Assembly (NCBI RefSeq): GCF_001194135.2
Contig: NC_068983.1
Coordinates: 33,104,299-33,168,298, forward strand
Length of the DNA: 64,000 nucleotides
Reading direction: 5' to 3'
Source of the DNA: Octopus bimaculoides
Taxonomy: Eukaryota
In this document: piece by piece, positions 27,401 through 40,360 of the stretch
How positions within the stretch are numbered: the stretch's first letter is position 1
How the letters are laid out: every line of letters starts with the position of its first letter
The notes under the pieces: generated by a model
Told to the model about the DNA's origin: nothing
Databases searched by the model: none
Seen by the model: only the letters and a program-made list of their open reading frames with translations
Translations under genes and position numbers: made by a program

Positions 27401-27607
27401 GTGTATGTGTGTGAAAAAGAGAGTGAGACAGTAATGTACATGTATGTATGTATGTATGCAGGCGTAGGCTTGGCTGTGTTGTAAGCAGTCTGCTTCCAGG
27501 TTCAGTTCCACTGTTTGGCACATTGGGCAAATATTTTCTGCTATAACCTTGGACCGACTAAACCACGTGGGTGGGTTCGATCGACGGTAACTGAAAGAAA
27601 TTCGTCA

Positions 27608-27642
<35 letters not shown>

Positions 27643-27660
27643 TCTTTTACTTGGTTCAGT

Positions 27661-28232
27661 GGATCTATTTTAAAACGGGGGCCACATTTTTCATTAATGT
27701 TTTACGTAGTGTTTTTGGTACCGAAAGACTTTCAAACTTCGTATACTTATCTATTTTGTGTTATAGAACAGAAAAATACTTTTGTATTCGAATTTATTTC
27801 ATGTAAAAAATTGTCTTATTTCGATAATTTCAACCAATCACTGACGTATTCAGTTGTTTATATTTACTCCTTTGGCTGATTAAGCGATGTAAAGCGTATT
27901 TAATCTCCATACCTTCGTTTTATTTGCTTTTTTCATTTTAAATTTGCTTTAACCCTAAGCCTAACCCTAACCCTAAGGTTAGGGTTAGGGTTAATTGTTT
28001 CAGAATCGTTTGTTTATGTAGTCGGCACTTAATGGATATCGGCTGAATGGACGTCAGTGATTGGTTGAAATTACAGAAATACGACAACTTTAACATGGAA
28101 TAACTTATGGATTTCTTTTTTTTTAAAGAAGACTAAGAGAAAAAGATGTTTTATATGACACATTCTACCAGTGTTCCAAGTTTCAAAGTGTTTCGTTAAT
28201 GAAAAATGTGGCCCCCGTTTTAAAAAAGATCC
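27661..28232. mobile_element. 572-bp palindromic (foldback) MITE with central inverted telomere-like repeats
   Basis: The arms are reverse complements (ggatctattttaaaacgggggccacatttttcattaa / ttaatgaaaaatgtggcccccgttttaaaaaagatcc). The centre is (CCCTAA)n-(TTAGGG)n. Probable 8-bp TSD ggttcagt/gattcagt. Confidence 0.85.
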
Positions 28233-28591
28233 GATTCAGTCATTTAACTGCGACCGTGCTAACAGATTGTTTTATCATTAATAATAAGGCGCACAGCTGA
28301 CAGAATCGTTAGCACACCGGGCAAAATGCTTTGCGGAATTTTGTTCGACTTAACGTTCTGAGTTCAAATACCGCCGAGGTCAACTTTGCCATTTAACCTT
28401 TGGCGGTCGTTAAAATAAGTAGCAGTTGAACACTGATTTTGATGTAATCGATTTATCCCTCTTCCCCGAAATTGCTGGCCCTGTGCCAAAATTTTAAATC
28501 AATTATTTTAGAATTATAGCCTCCGACACTCGGCCTCCTATCTGTACAACGGTTGCATTCGACACAGGACAGTTGTTACATACATCTAAAG

Positions 28592-28721
28592 CAGTGGTTC
28601 CCAACCTGGGGTCCGCAAAGGTAGACTAAATTCAAAATTTTATATACGTATACATAAGGATAAGCATATTAAAAGGGATTTGTGGGAAAACTCATTTAAA
28701 GAAGTGGGTTGGGAACCATTG
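28592..28721. mobile_element. hAT/Charlie-type MITE (130 bp)
   Basis: TIR CAGTGGTTCCCAACC / GGTTGGGAACCATTG, 8-bp TSD atctaaag/atctaaca. A relative begins near 22293. Confidence 0.75.
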
Positions 28722-28744
28722 ATCTAACAGGTAAAGACCTCCTT

Positions 28745-29062
28745 GGTCATGAATGACCATGAGATTGCAGCTAGAAAGTTCCCTGCCGAGGCACAAGTCT
28801 CGTTGTTTATGGAAGACCAGCCGTCACTCTTGGAAACCAGCCTCCCCTCTCCATGCCACTGATGTTATCCAAGGGAAAGAGAAAGGGAAAGGCCGGTACA
28901 GCTTGGCACCAATGACGTCGCAATTCATTTCTACAGCTGAGTGAACTGGCACAACGTGAAAAATACAGTGACATGCTCAAGAACACAACACATAACCCGG
29001 TCGGGAATCGAACCCACGACCTTATGATTGTGAACCTGACACTCTAACCACTGAGCCATATC
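28745..29062 (-). mobile_element. tRNA-derived SINE (family D)
   Basis: Minus-strand head TGGCTCAGTGG..GTTCGATTCCCGACCGGG. Confidence 0.6.
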
Positions 29063-29609
29063 TCGTCTAATACGTCAGCAAGTATGGTACTTCGTTTCAC
29101 ATCACCACAGTCAACTAAGTTGTAATCAGAATCAGCCGGGTGCTGGCACAGTTCTCTCTTCCCTCAGCTGTTACCTCTAGGATACACCACTATTGAAAAA
29201 ATAAGGGCCGAGAAGCTATTTATATCTGCTGATGACTATATTGGAACTTTAAACAATAAGTGGAAGCGTGGTATATGTTACAAACCAGACTTGCTCGCGA
29301 GCACTGGCTGTACTGTTTTCTTTCCTTTTTGATGTAAGAATATTAATCATGTATATATTCTGCTGAACTGGTGACATTTGCAAAACTGATATTACTCGAA
29401 AATTTTAAGTTGCTTTCAGTTAAAGCAACAATAAATATCAAGTGGTTGTTGAATAATTAAATAGCTTTTCCGATTTAAGTATAGAAATTATAGATGTTTT
29501 AGATAATTGTAATTTTCTATATTCAATAAATTGCACTCTATTTACGTCTCCAGCGCAAATAAATGGTTAAAAATTCATAAATTGATAATAGATAAAACCT
29601 AAGCAATGC

Positions 29610-29611
<2 letters not shown>

Positions 29612-29663
<52 letters not shown>
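29612..29663. repeat. (GA)n microsatellite
   Basis: Direct reading. Other (TA)n and (TG)n tracts border most N gaps. Confidence 0.95.
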
Positions 29664-29670
<7 letters not shown>

Positions 29671-29984
29671 TTTTTAGCTTTCATCTACCGCAGGTCCGTC
29701 ATCCAAAGCAATAACAAAACAAAATTTACAAACTAAAAACTTGTAAAAATATAGAAACTTGTATCGCTTACGATTTCACCTGGACTGGCGATAGGAATGA
29801 ATCGAGAGGATTGTGTGATGAATGAGGAAAGGTTTTAAGTAACTGTAGCTTAAATCCAACTAAAGTGACATTGTGTAATAACACATTTGAATTTAAATTG
29901 CTGTAGCGAAGAATATTTTAAATGAAAATGCCTGGAACTGATTCAAAAGAAAATCTAGCTCTTACTAGACTACCAATAGTTCAA

Positions 29985-30300
29985 GGTACCCGAAAAAAAT
30001 CTGCGTAACTTGAGTTATTCTGTTTGCATTCACATTTCAATGGTACCTTACTTTCAGAGCATTTTCCCCATTCTACGCCAGTTTGACTATTTATAAAAGT
30101 ACCCGAAAAAGAACGCCTATCTCGGTACCCCGTGGTCCAATTTACGCGAAACTTGTTTTATTCCGTTTGTATTCACATTTCAACGGCACTTTTACTATCA
30201 AAGAAATTTCCCATAATACGCAGGTTTGGCTATTTATAAAAGTACCCCCCAAAAAAACATCACGTATCTCGGGAACCGTTGGTCCGATTTACGCGAGACT
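29985..30300 (+). repeat. ~142-bp tandem units (about 2 copies); a further copy at 33085-33260
   Basis: ttatt(c)cgtttgtattcacatttca recurs near 30015, 30157 and 33187. Confidence 0.8.
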
Positions 30301-30539
30301 TGTCTTTTCACAGTATTATTCACAAGTATTTTTACACAGAAAATATCAAGCCATTTTACACTATCACTCCATTTCACAATTCTTTTTTCCGTATCTCTAC
30401 GGATGTTTGACTATTTGTTCTGAAAGATTTTTCTGCTTAAAAAGTTGCAAAGTTAATGAAAAACTGATTTTATTTACAAAAATTTGAAAGGAATTACTCC
30501 TACTTGTCTTAGTTTTCCCCTTTCCTTTCATTTTCTGTC

Positions 30540-32870
30540 GTCGAAATTAATATTTTGTCATATTTAGGCTGTTATAGTTTGTTCAAAAGAATGCTTTTGA
30601 TGACAATATTTTTAGTTGACTGGCTACTCATCAGAACCATTGACATTTTCCTTTCGTTCTCCGCGGCTACAGACTACATGCAGTTGACCGTGTTGGAATA
30701 CAGGTCGTTCCAGATAAACCAAGACGTTTTCCCTAGTTTGTTCTTGTGCTTTATGAATAGTCATAGTGAAGCACGACTGAACAGGGAATTGGCTTCGCTG
30801 CAAAGGGATATTCTCACCTTCGGGTAGATTAATTGTTATTCTCGATATCATAATGATGTCATTTCTGAAAACGGCAGTGTTGATTCTATGAGCTTATCGT
30901 ACAGTTCTTCCACGATCATGCGCGTTTCATTACAAAGCCTTGGAGGACTCAACTTTCTCATTAGAATTATCGGTGATCCTTTTATCAATTCCAGGTTATG
31001 TGGTATGTGGTGGCAGTCGTAATAGTTCGACCGAATCAAGGAATTCAGTTGGGAAATGAGTGACATTGGCACCATCACTCACAGAATTATAGTATCGGTA
31101 CTCTTTTATGGTTCCAGAGAAGCGTCTGATACAGGTGGAATTGATGTTTCTCATAATTTCATTGAGAGGTACTAAAATGCAATTGTTCAAAAAGACTTCA
31201 GCTGGATTGTCGAATGAGGAATAGATGAAAGTCAATGCATTCTTCTATAGTTGTTGCTTGGAGAACCATTTCTTTTGGCAAAATAATTACTTCATTTTCA
31301 GTTTTTGGAATCTTATCTACTCGAATATCCAATAGGAACTGTAAATAATCTCCTGTTCCCTCGATCGCATGTTTGCATTCAACAGAAAATTTTTGAAGCT
31401 TTTCCACAAGTAGGATTTTGAAATGCATGCGTGTTCCACGTCTGCATCATTTCCCCTTTTTCACTACCGGAAGACGCTGACGGAAATCGCCACAGCAAAT
31501 TGTCAAAATTTCACCGAGTACCTCATTGTTGTCGCATATGTCACGCAGAGTGAGGTCAATAGCTTCGAAGCTTTCCCTCTGAATCATAGGACACTCGTCT
31601 CAAGCAATCAGCCTTGTATGCTGGAAGAGGTTTGCCGTCTTTGAGTTTCTATCAATATTGCACAGACCATTTTCTTTCACTACTATCAGTATTTTGAACC
31701 TAGAATGCACCGTTCTTCCATCAGGCATCAGGGATGCGGCAATGCCAAGTGACGCCACAGCGACACGTCACCGTTTCCCCTAACTTTTGAAAGGATGAAG
31801 TTAATCAGGAATGTCTTTCCTGTTCTACCTGGAGCATCAGTAAAAATCAATGCAGATGTGTTCCTCTCAAAACTGTTGCAAACGAAGTCATAAACATGTT
31901 TTTTTTCTCACTATTCAATAGAGGATCCCTCTCTTGTACAAATCGTCGTTGCTCTTCTCTGCTGTATTGCAATTCCTGCAATAACTTATATTTACCAGTA
32001 TTCTGATTAGCGACAATGTTATTTGGCGTTGGCAAGTTAAAGCCATTAAGACTTTTGCCTAGGTTAAGTTTGTCTTCAAAATACAGAAAGCATTGATCAT
32101 AATGTCTCTCACGAAGCAAAAGATAAGAGTTTCTGGTTGCCCTTTTTTCTATTTGAAAGTAATCCTCAGACAGCAAATTCTTAGATTGAACCCAGAAAGG
32201 ACTGGAATTATTAATTTCTGTATTTGTGAGGATCGCGATGAATAGATCTCTCGTGGCTTTGGGAAGCCGTGTTCGCTCAGCATCTTACAGTCTGCTGGTA
32301 ATGATCATCTGATTGGAGCAAACCTTTCTCTCTGCAGATGTCTTTGAATAATGGCAGGAGTTCACCCTCATACATTATCAAAGAGTTAAAGGATACTGGC
32401 CTGTTGACGTGATGAAGAAGGAATCTTAAATAATACAGGTCACCACTTCGTGAAGAAACAGTGTATACTCGTCCCAAAACGTTCGCCTCAAAAATCCGTG
32501 GAAACTGCTCAGCTATTTTCCTCACCTTCCTCCTTTCCCATCTCTTATTACTCCAAGTGTAAAACCTTGGAACATCAGCATAATACAATGTTTTTGCAAA
32601 CGGATCGCGAGCGCAAAGATCCATGAACTTAGAGTTGTCTTACGCATATTATTATTTACTTGAACAGCAGCATTGACCCGAATGATTTGATTTTCCTCAG
32701 GTAGATGAACTTGAAGGCGAACTACAGCTGGTTCCCTCTCATGAATTGGAAATCCAAGTACTGAGGCAACAGCTTCTGAAGGACCGAAATATTTTCCTGT
32801 TAAATACTCGTCCTTCCTGTTCACTCCAAACATTGCCCGATCACTACACTTCATGGTATATTTGATCGAT
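30540..32870 (-). pseudogene. Helitron RepHel C-terminal / PIF1-helicase pseudogene (many frameshifts and stops)
   Basis: Fragments SEAVASVLGFPIHEREPAVVRLQVHL, DPFAKTLYYADVPRFYTW, LGRVYTVS, SPIILMRKLSPPRLCNETR and QFPVQSCFTMTIHKAQ..VFQHGQLHVVCSR, in the expected order. Confidence 0.92.
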
Positions 32871-33293
32871 TTCTCGGAAGAACATATCTCTACGTTTAGG
32901 TGGCAGTTTTAATAGTCTCATATTGTGGGGAACGACCCATTCCGAAGTTATATTTCGACTTTCCCTTCCTTCTTTGTGCCCTTCAAATTGTCTGTTTAAA
33001 TACTCACTGCACAAACAATTTGCAATTTTTAGGTCATTTTCACTTTAAAATATTTTTTTAATACGCCAGGGTTATATCATTTTCGGAGTCTTTTCCCATC
33101 ATGCACCGTTTTCAGTATTTATGAATACCCCCCAAACCACTGACATCTCACAGGAATCCGTGGTCTGACGTACGCGAAACTTGTTTTATTCCGTTTGTAT
33201 TCACATTTCAGGGGTGGTTTAATTCATAGTATTTCCCCATTATGCACCAGTTTGGTTGTATTAAATTACAGGCAAGCAATCAGATAGTTTTAG

Positions 33294-33330
<37 letters not shown>

Positions 33331-36300
33331 NNNNNNNNNNNNNNNNNNNNNNNNNNNNNNNNNNNNNNNNNNNNNNNNNNNNNNNNNNNNNNNNNNNNNN
33401 NNNNNNNNNNNNNNNNNNNNNNNNNNNNNNNNNNNNNNNNNNNNNNNNNNNNNNNNNNNNNNNNNNNNNNNNNNNNNNNNNNNNNNNNNNNNNNNNNNNN
33501 NNNNNNNNNNNNNNNNNNNNNNNNNNNNNNNNNNNNNNNNNNNNNNNNNNNNNNNNNNNNNNNNNNNNNNNNNNNNNNNNNNNNNNNNNNNNNNNNNNNN
33601 NNNNNNNNNNNNNNNNNNNNNNNNNNNNNNNNNNNNNNNNNNNNNNNNNNNNNNNNNNNNNNNNNNNNNNNNNNNNNNNNNNNNNNNNNNNNNNNNNNNN
33701 NNNNNNNNNNNNNNNNNNNNNNNNNNNNNNNNNNNNNNNNNNNNNNNNNNNNNNNNNNNNNNNNNNNNNNNNNNNNNNNNNNNNNNNNNNNNNNNNNNNN
33801 NNNNNNNNNNNNNNNNNNNNNNNNNNNNNNNNNNNNNNNNNNNNNNNNNNNNNNNNNNNNNNNNNNNNNNNNNNNNNNNNNNNNNNNNNNNNNNNNNNNN
33901 NNNNNNNNNNNNNNNNNNNNNNNNNNNNNNNNNNNNNNNNNNNNNNNNNNNNNNNNNNNNNNNNNNNNNNNNNNNNNNNNNNNNNNNNNNNNNNNNNNNN
34001 NNNNNNNNNNNNNNNNNNNNNNNNNNNNNNNNNNNNNNNNNNNNNNNNNNNNNNNNNNNNNNNNNNNNNNNNNNNNNNNNNNNNNNNNNNNNNNNNNNNN
34101 NNNNNNNNGGGGGGGGAGATATATCGTTCTTATAAAGTTAAACTTGCAATGCAGAGAACTTTGGACTTCGAAACCAGTTCAAATTAACGTTCTTACGTAG
34201 GTGTAAGCGAAATTTCAAAGATAGTTATGTTGCTAAGTATGATATCTAGAGTTTTGAAAAACTCCAATTGACGAGATACAAAAGAGTGAAATTTTACGGT
34301 ATTTATTTGATACGTGAAAATCAATATAACAGAATCAGTTTGGCTTAAAGTGGAAGCCAACTTTGATTGAAAACTTCTTTCTAGATTCATTATACTTAAG
34401 TAATCATTTGCGGGAAGAAAAGAAAATATCAAATAGAGACCGCAACAGATCTTGATTCTTTATCTTTCTTTTATCCTTCATTTGCTTTTCAGTCACTGGA
34501 TTGCGGTCATGCTGGGGCACCACCTTGAAGGGTTTTAGTCGAACAAATTAACCCCAGTACGTACTTTAAAAAAAATCTTATGCTTATTCTGTTGGTATGT
34601 TTTGTCGAACCAGAACAGGAGGACGTAAACAAACGAGCATTAGTTGACAAGCGGTTGTGGGGAAACAAACACGGACACACACACACACACACACAATGAG
34701 CTTCCACACAGTTTCTGCCTACAAAATTCATTGACAATGTATTGGTCGACCCAGAACTATAGTAGAAGATATTTTCCAAAGGTGTCGCGCAACGGAAATC
34801 AATCCGAAACCACGTGATTGCAAATCAGACTTCTTAAGTGTACAGCCATACCTCAGAACCCTTCTGACCAAGCCACAGAACAATACAGAAAAATATATAC
34901 CCTTCAAATACAGCAGATAATGTCAAACGTATTTGATAGGGTTTATTTCACCTATTAAAACTACACAAACCACACATAAAACTTATTATATGAAAAATAT
35001 GTATACAAATTATAGAATAGAACGGACGTAGGCAATCATTTGTCGAAAAGTAGGCCGCTTGAGACATGGCTCACCATCAGGCTTTTTAACTCTTGAAATT
35101 AGGTGTGCTATTCAGGAAGACCCGCAGGTCGCAGTTTGCCCATTTTGGAATAGATTAATATAGCGAAATACGCACAAAACAAGGCTCAAAAAGTAATAGA
35201 CCATAAACTGGCATGCACATTCTAAGAAGCTACTAGATTTTAAAACCGTTTCAGAGTAATAAATTACAAAAATGTTTATACGTAAACAAGTACTGATCAA
35301 TGTGATATATAATTTCGACTGAAATCGCAAATAACAAAACAAGTCATTCAGCTCTGTCTTTAAAAATTATTACTTTGTAAGTAGGGAAGACAGGAGAAAT
35401 CATAGATTTACTGTTATTAAACACACTACTCTAGATTTTCTAAAAGTCTCGTGCATCCAGTTTCTGAGAAGCAATACGAATTATTGTCTTCTTCGTTTAC
35501 TGAGATTTGGTGTCTGAAAAACTTTGCAGCTAATGTGAAAAGATGTGTATTTTCTAAAGAGCAATCTTGACAATAACGATGAAAAATAGGTCTTTAATAT
35601 AGAGGCAGAGACATAAGAAAAGAAGGGCAAGAAATGTGGCTTAGTTAAGTATCGGCGACGAGAAATGAAAACGGTGACTGCATCCTTAATCCAAGGCACT
35701 TGTTCAAAAGTACACTCATTAGTAGGAAGAGAAAATAAATTATCCCACAGAGTACCACGTAGAAAATCTAGAAATATGCTCAATCATTTGTAGATATTTA
35801 TGCAATACAACGAAGGTCCGTTAGCGATTTCTTCACCTTCTTTGGGATTCTTCCTTTCTCCTTTCCGACGAAGAGCTATGCTCGAAACGTTAAACTCTCT
35901 CCTTTCACCGAGCGTCAAGCTAAAATACGTCTTGTGCACGTCCTCACGTTCGTTGTTTTTTTTTTTTTCATTTTTTTAATCCGTTTATTTGAATTGATTA
36001 TATAAGTAATGCTTATTGCAACACCAATATGGCTGTTCAACGTTTTTAACCCCATGAAGAGCCTCCTCCAACTGATTATCGATCCAATGTGCACCCAGTA
36101 TATACTGTAAGGAGGGGAGCAAACCCCAACCATCATCCAGCAGACGACGGGATCATCAGACCGAACCGTTTCAGGCTATTTGTGCCCATCGTCAACTAGT
36201 GCACACCCGGCTGCTAGAGATAGCAGTAATTTGCTCCAGCTTGCAATATATAGAAAACCAAGCGACAATCAGTCACTGATCTTACAACGAGCAAAGTAGC

Positions 36301-37242
36301 TAGTTAAAAAATCTCTATAAGAGATGAAAGGGTGCAAATTGCATCGATAACTCTCTTCCTTGGGTTAAAAACTGCAGTAACGTCGAACAATTATATTGAT
36401 GTGGTGATATTACTCCTCGATATAGTTGTCCATGTTTCTAAGCACTGCAACACATATGAAAGAAGTGTGTTGACCGCAAAGGGGACAATATTGGAAAATA
36501 AACCTCATTTGATTATATTCCATGAGAGTATCATTGTTAGCATAAAAACTCTTCAGTCAACCCTCGTGTATATGTGCGCGCGCGTGTATGTATACATACA
36601 TGTGTGTTTTTATATATGTATGTATGCATGTATGTATGTTTGCCTGTATATACAGGCTAGAAATGGTTAAGTAAATTATTTATTTTATTTGATAGAAAAT
36701 AGAGTCAAAATGTCAAAGCAAACACATCGTATGTTTGTGTGCGTGTGTGTGTGTGTGTGCATAATGTCAATGATATTATTAAGAACTGATAATGGTCATC
36801 GTTTCAGATAGATATCTACTTCAAAACTATACCAACATTTTCAATTGCTTTACTCATTTCATAAACGAATATCTTGATATCTTATGTCTGTGAATACCAT
36901 ACAGGAAAATTCGTCTGTCTTTACGTTCTGGGTTCAAATTCTGCCGAGGTCGACTTTGCCTTTCGTCCTTTCGGGGTCGATAAATTAAGTACCTGTTACG
37001 TACTGGGGTCGATCTAAACCACTGGCCACCTTCCCCAAAATTTCGGGTCTTGTGCCTAGAGTAGAAAAGAATACCATACAGGAAAATTCAAATATCTGCT
37101 AACCTAAGTATGACTTCCTATTTTGATTTGATCGTTGTAGCATTTTCGTTACATTATTAAGAGAGATGTAAAAAGACTACTACGACAATTTTTTTCTTAG
37201 AATTCACAAATTTGTCACTATGTAAGTATAATACTGCTACAA

Positions 37243-37417
37243 GGCGCAAGAGTGGCTGTGTGGTAAGTAGCTTGCGTACCAACCACATGGTTCTGGGTTC
37301 AGTCCCACTGCGTGGCACCTTGGGCAAGTGTCTCCTACTATAGAAGACACTCACAAGGCTGACCAAAGCCTTGTGAGTGGATTTGGTAGACGGAAACTGA
37401 AAGAAGCCCGTCGTATG

Positions 37418-37466
<49 letters not shown>

Positions 37467-37820
37467 NNNNNNNNNNNNNNNNNNNNNNNNNNNNNNNNNN
37501 NNNNNNNNNNNNNNNNNNNNNNNNNNNNNNNNNNNNNNNNNNNNNNNNNNNNNNNNNNNNNNNNNNNNNNNNNNNNNNNNNNNNNNNNNNNTGTGTGTGT
37601 GTGTGTGTGTGTGTGTTTGTGTGTCTGTTTGTCCCCCCTACATCGGTTGACAACAGATGCTGGTGTGTTTACATCCCCGTAACTTAGCGGTTCGGCAAAA
37701 GAGACCGATAGAACAAGTACTAGGCTTACAAAGAATAAGTCCTGGGGTCGATTTGCTCGACTAAAGGCGGTGCTCCAGCATGGCCGAAGTCGAATGACTG
37801 AAACGAGTAAAAGAGTAAAA
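37243..37820 (+). mobile_element. Full-length SINE family B with internal (TA)n/(TG)n tract (spans a gap)
   Basis: Head gtggctgtgtggtaag..gttcagtccc, 3' end tgactgaaacgagtaaaagagtaaaa. Relatives at 34495-34850(-) and 58820-59155(-); partial copies at 27470, 39925 and 61510. Confidence 0.85.
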
Positions 37821-37995
37821 AGTTGAAGAGTTAAAATATTTTTTTACTGTAATACATGCCAAAAATAAGACTGTTAAGCTGCAACAGGTAACCTAATTAG
37901 AACTGATGATGGATGTTTCGGAAGCATAGTTACCATAGGCGCTGGCGTGGCTGTGTGGTAAGATAGTTGCTTCCCAACCACATGGTTCCGGATCG

Positions 37996-39271
37996 TATAA
38001 GTTCTGTCAGAATTTTGAATAAAGAAAACAAGTGATCAAATGTTATATTTATTTGAAATTTAATCATCAATGTACCTTCCCTGATTATTTATGACTTCCT
38101 TCCATCTATTTACAAGCTTTTAAAATCCCATCAGTGTAAAACTCTTTTGGTTTCAAAGCGAAGAACTCTGAAATGTCAGTTTCAACCTCCTCCTGGCTTG
38201 TGAAAGTTATATCCCTCAAATGATTCTGTAAACTACGAAACAAATGGTAGTCTGAAGGAGCAAGGTCGGGAGAATAGGGTGGAAGAGGAATTTTTTTCCC
38301 AACCAAGCTCTTCGCTCTTCTGTGATGTGATCTTTGCAGTGTGGGGTCGCACATTGTCCTGATGAAACATCACTCCTTTTCAATTCACTAAAGCAGGTCT
38401 TTTTTTTCTTCAAAGCTTGGTTCAAACGCTCTAATTGCTGACAGTAGACTTGAGAATTGAATGTTGCATTAAGTGGTAACAATTCAAAGTGAATTACTTC
38501 TNNNNNNNNNNNNNNNNNNNNNNNNNNNNNNNNNNNNNNNNNNNNNNNNNNNNNNNNNNNNNNNNNNNNNNNNNNNNNNNNNNNNNNNNNNNNNNNNNNN
38601 NNNNNNNNNNNNNNNNNNNNNNNNNNNNNNNNNNNNNNNNNNNNNNNNNNNNNNNNNNNNNNNNNNNNNNNNNNNNNNNNNNNNNNNNNNNNNNNNNNNN
38701 NNNNNNNNNNNNNNNNNNNNNNNNNNNNNNNNNNNNNNNNNNNNNNNNNNNNNNNNNNNNNNNNNNNNNNNNNNNNNNNNNNNNNNNNNNNNNNNNNNNN
38801 NNNNNNNNNNNNNNNNNNNNNNNNCTTCAACTGATAGTGCAGGATTTTCTTCAAGTAATGTCTCAAGGAGCTTATCATCAAACTCAACTGGATGTCCTGT
38901 TCGATCTTCACCTTCAAGGCTGAAATCTCTACTTCTGAAGTTTGCAAACCATCTTCTACAAGTTCTTTCATTCAAGCATTCTTTTCCATAAATTGAGTGT
39001 ATATTTCGAGTCGCTTCTGCGGAACAGTTTCTCTTTTGTACTCATAAAGCATTATGTGCCTCAAATGCTCTTTGGATACTTCCATGTTAGAAAGGGTTTT
39101 AATCAAAGAAATTTTAATTCTATTGCTCTGGAAAATAATATTTAATTAGTTTAAATGTACACAAATGCATAAAAATAATTCTAAATTCCATTAGACATTC
39201 TAAAATACTATTAAATTTCATTCAATTTTAAAAAAAGTAAAATCGGACAGAACTTATGGGATGACCTGATA
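37996..39271 (-). mobile_element. Mariner (Mos1-like DD34D) transposon, decayed, spanning a gap
   Basis: YSPDLAPSDYHLFRSLQN, ERTCRRWFANFRS..DRTGHP and HQDNVRP-like motifs. TIR ataagttctgtc(c/a)g at both ends. Confidence 0.92.
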
Positions 39272-40360
39272 TAATTATTATTTTATGGTTAGGCGCACTG
39301 ATTGCTATATTCTGTTTTACTTTATGAACGGTTTGTTTGCTTCTACTTAAGCACTGTCCTTTTGTGAATACTGTATTGTTCTATTGCTTTATCTCCTATA
39401 TTGTTTCAATATCCACAATTGACTAGTGTTAGTTTTATTCTATTAATTTCAGTTGTCGTGTTCTTGTGTAAAAGAATCTAAATGCTCTTTTGTGGGTGGA
39501 TTTTATATCTTCTTCATGAATCATTATCGCTGCACATATCAGTGCCTTTTATATAAACATATGCGAAATATTTGTGGCTGTACTCGACATTGTTTAGTTC
39601 CGGGTCAGTTCTGAATGACGTTTCCAAATGTAACTTTATCTAATGCGTCTTTCCATTTTTTTTTTTTTAAGTAATAGGATATAATTTGAGAAACATGTTT
39701 CAAATATTTCTAGCAGGTCAAAACCACTTAATTTTCCTTTCTTTATACAGAAATTGCATTTATTTCTATAACATAGCAAAATAGAATTGTTGTGTCATTT
39801 GGAAATTCTGCAGAAGCTACTATGTATATTAAATCTAAGAACAATTGGTTTCCCGATTTTTCGTTAACTTCTTGATCCCCTTGGATGCGTCCATTATCAT
39901 AAATATATTTGATGTTACTTCTCACAGGCGTTGCTTTGTTAGGAAGCTTCTTTTGCAGCCATGTGGCTTTGGGTTCAGTCGCACTGCGTGGCACTTCACT
40001 TCAGACAGGCGTCTTCTACTATAGCCCCAAACCGACTGTTATGTATTCTTTTGTTCTTTGTGGGATAATAAACAACTCACTGAAGGCATGTTATGTTTCT
40101 ACGTGTTTACTTTATTTGACATGTTTACAAACAGTGTCTATAGCGGAGTGATACACGCTGTGCGTATCTGCCTTAAACACAGTTCATACTGCTTAGTAGA
40201 TGCGCTTAACAAAATAGTACTACTAGTGAAGATGTATTCATATATACGTATACCTACGCATGCACATAGATGTGAACATATAACACCGACCAATGGTAAT
40301 TTTTTTGCCAAATAAACACACACACNNNNNNNNNNNNNNNNNNNNNNNNNNNNNNNNNNN

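Noticed and set aside
33242-34135. Long ORFs across N runs (also 37.3-37.7, 38.2-39.0, 46.5-47.5, 48.4-49.1, 52.8-53.4 and 57.3-57.7 kb)
   Set aside because: Artefacts of assembly gaps and microsatellites.
35481-35783. 100-aa minus ORF
   Set aside because: TTG start, no recognisable domain and no convincing splice sites.
36140-36170. GAAAC...CTGATGA on minus, hammerhead-like
   Set aside because: Only 9 nt separate the motifs, too short for stems I and III.
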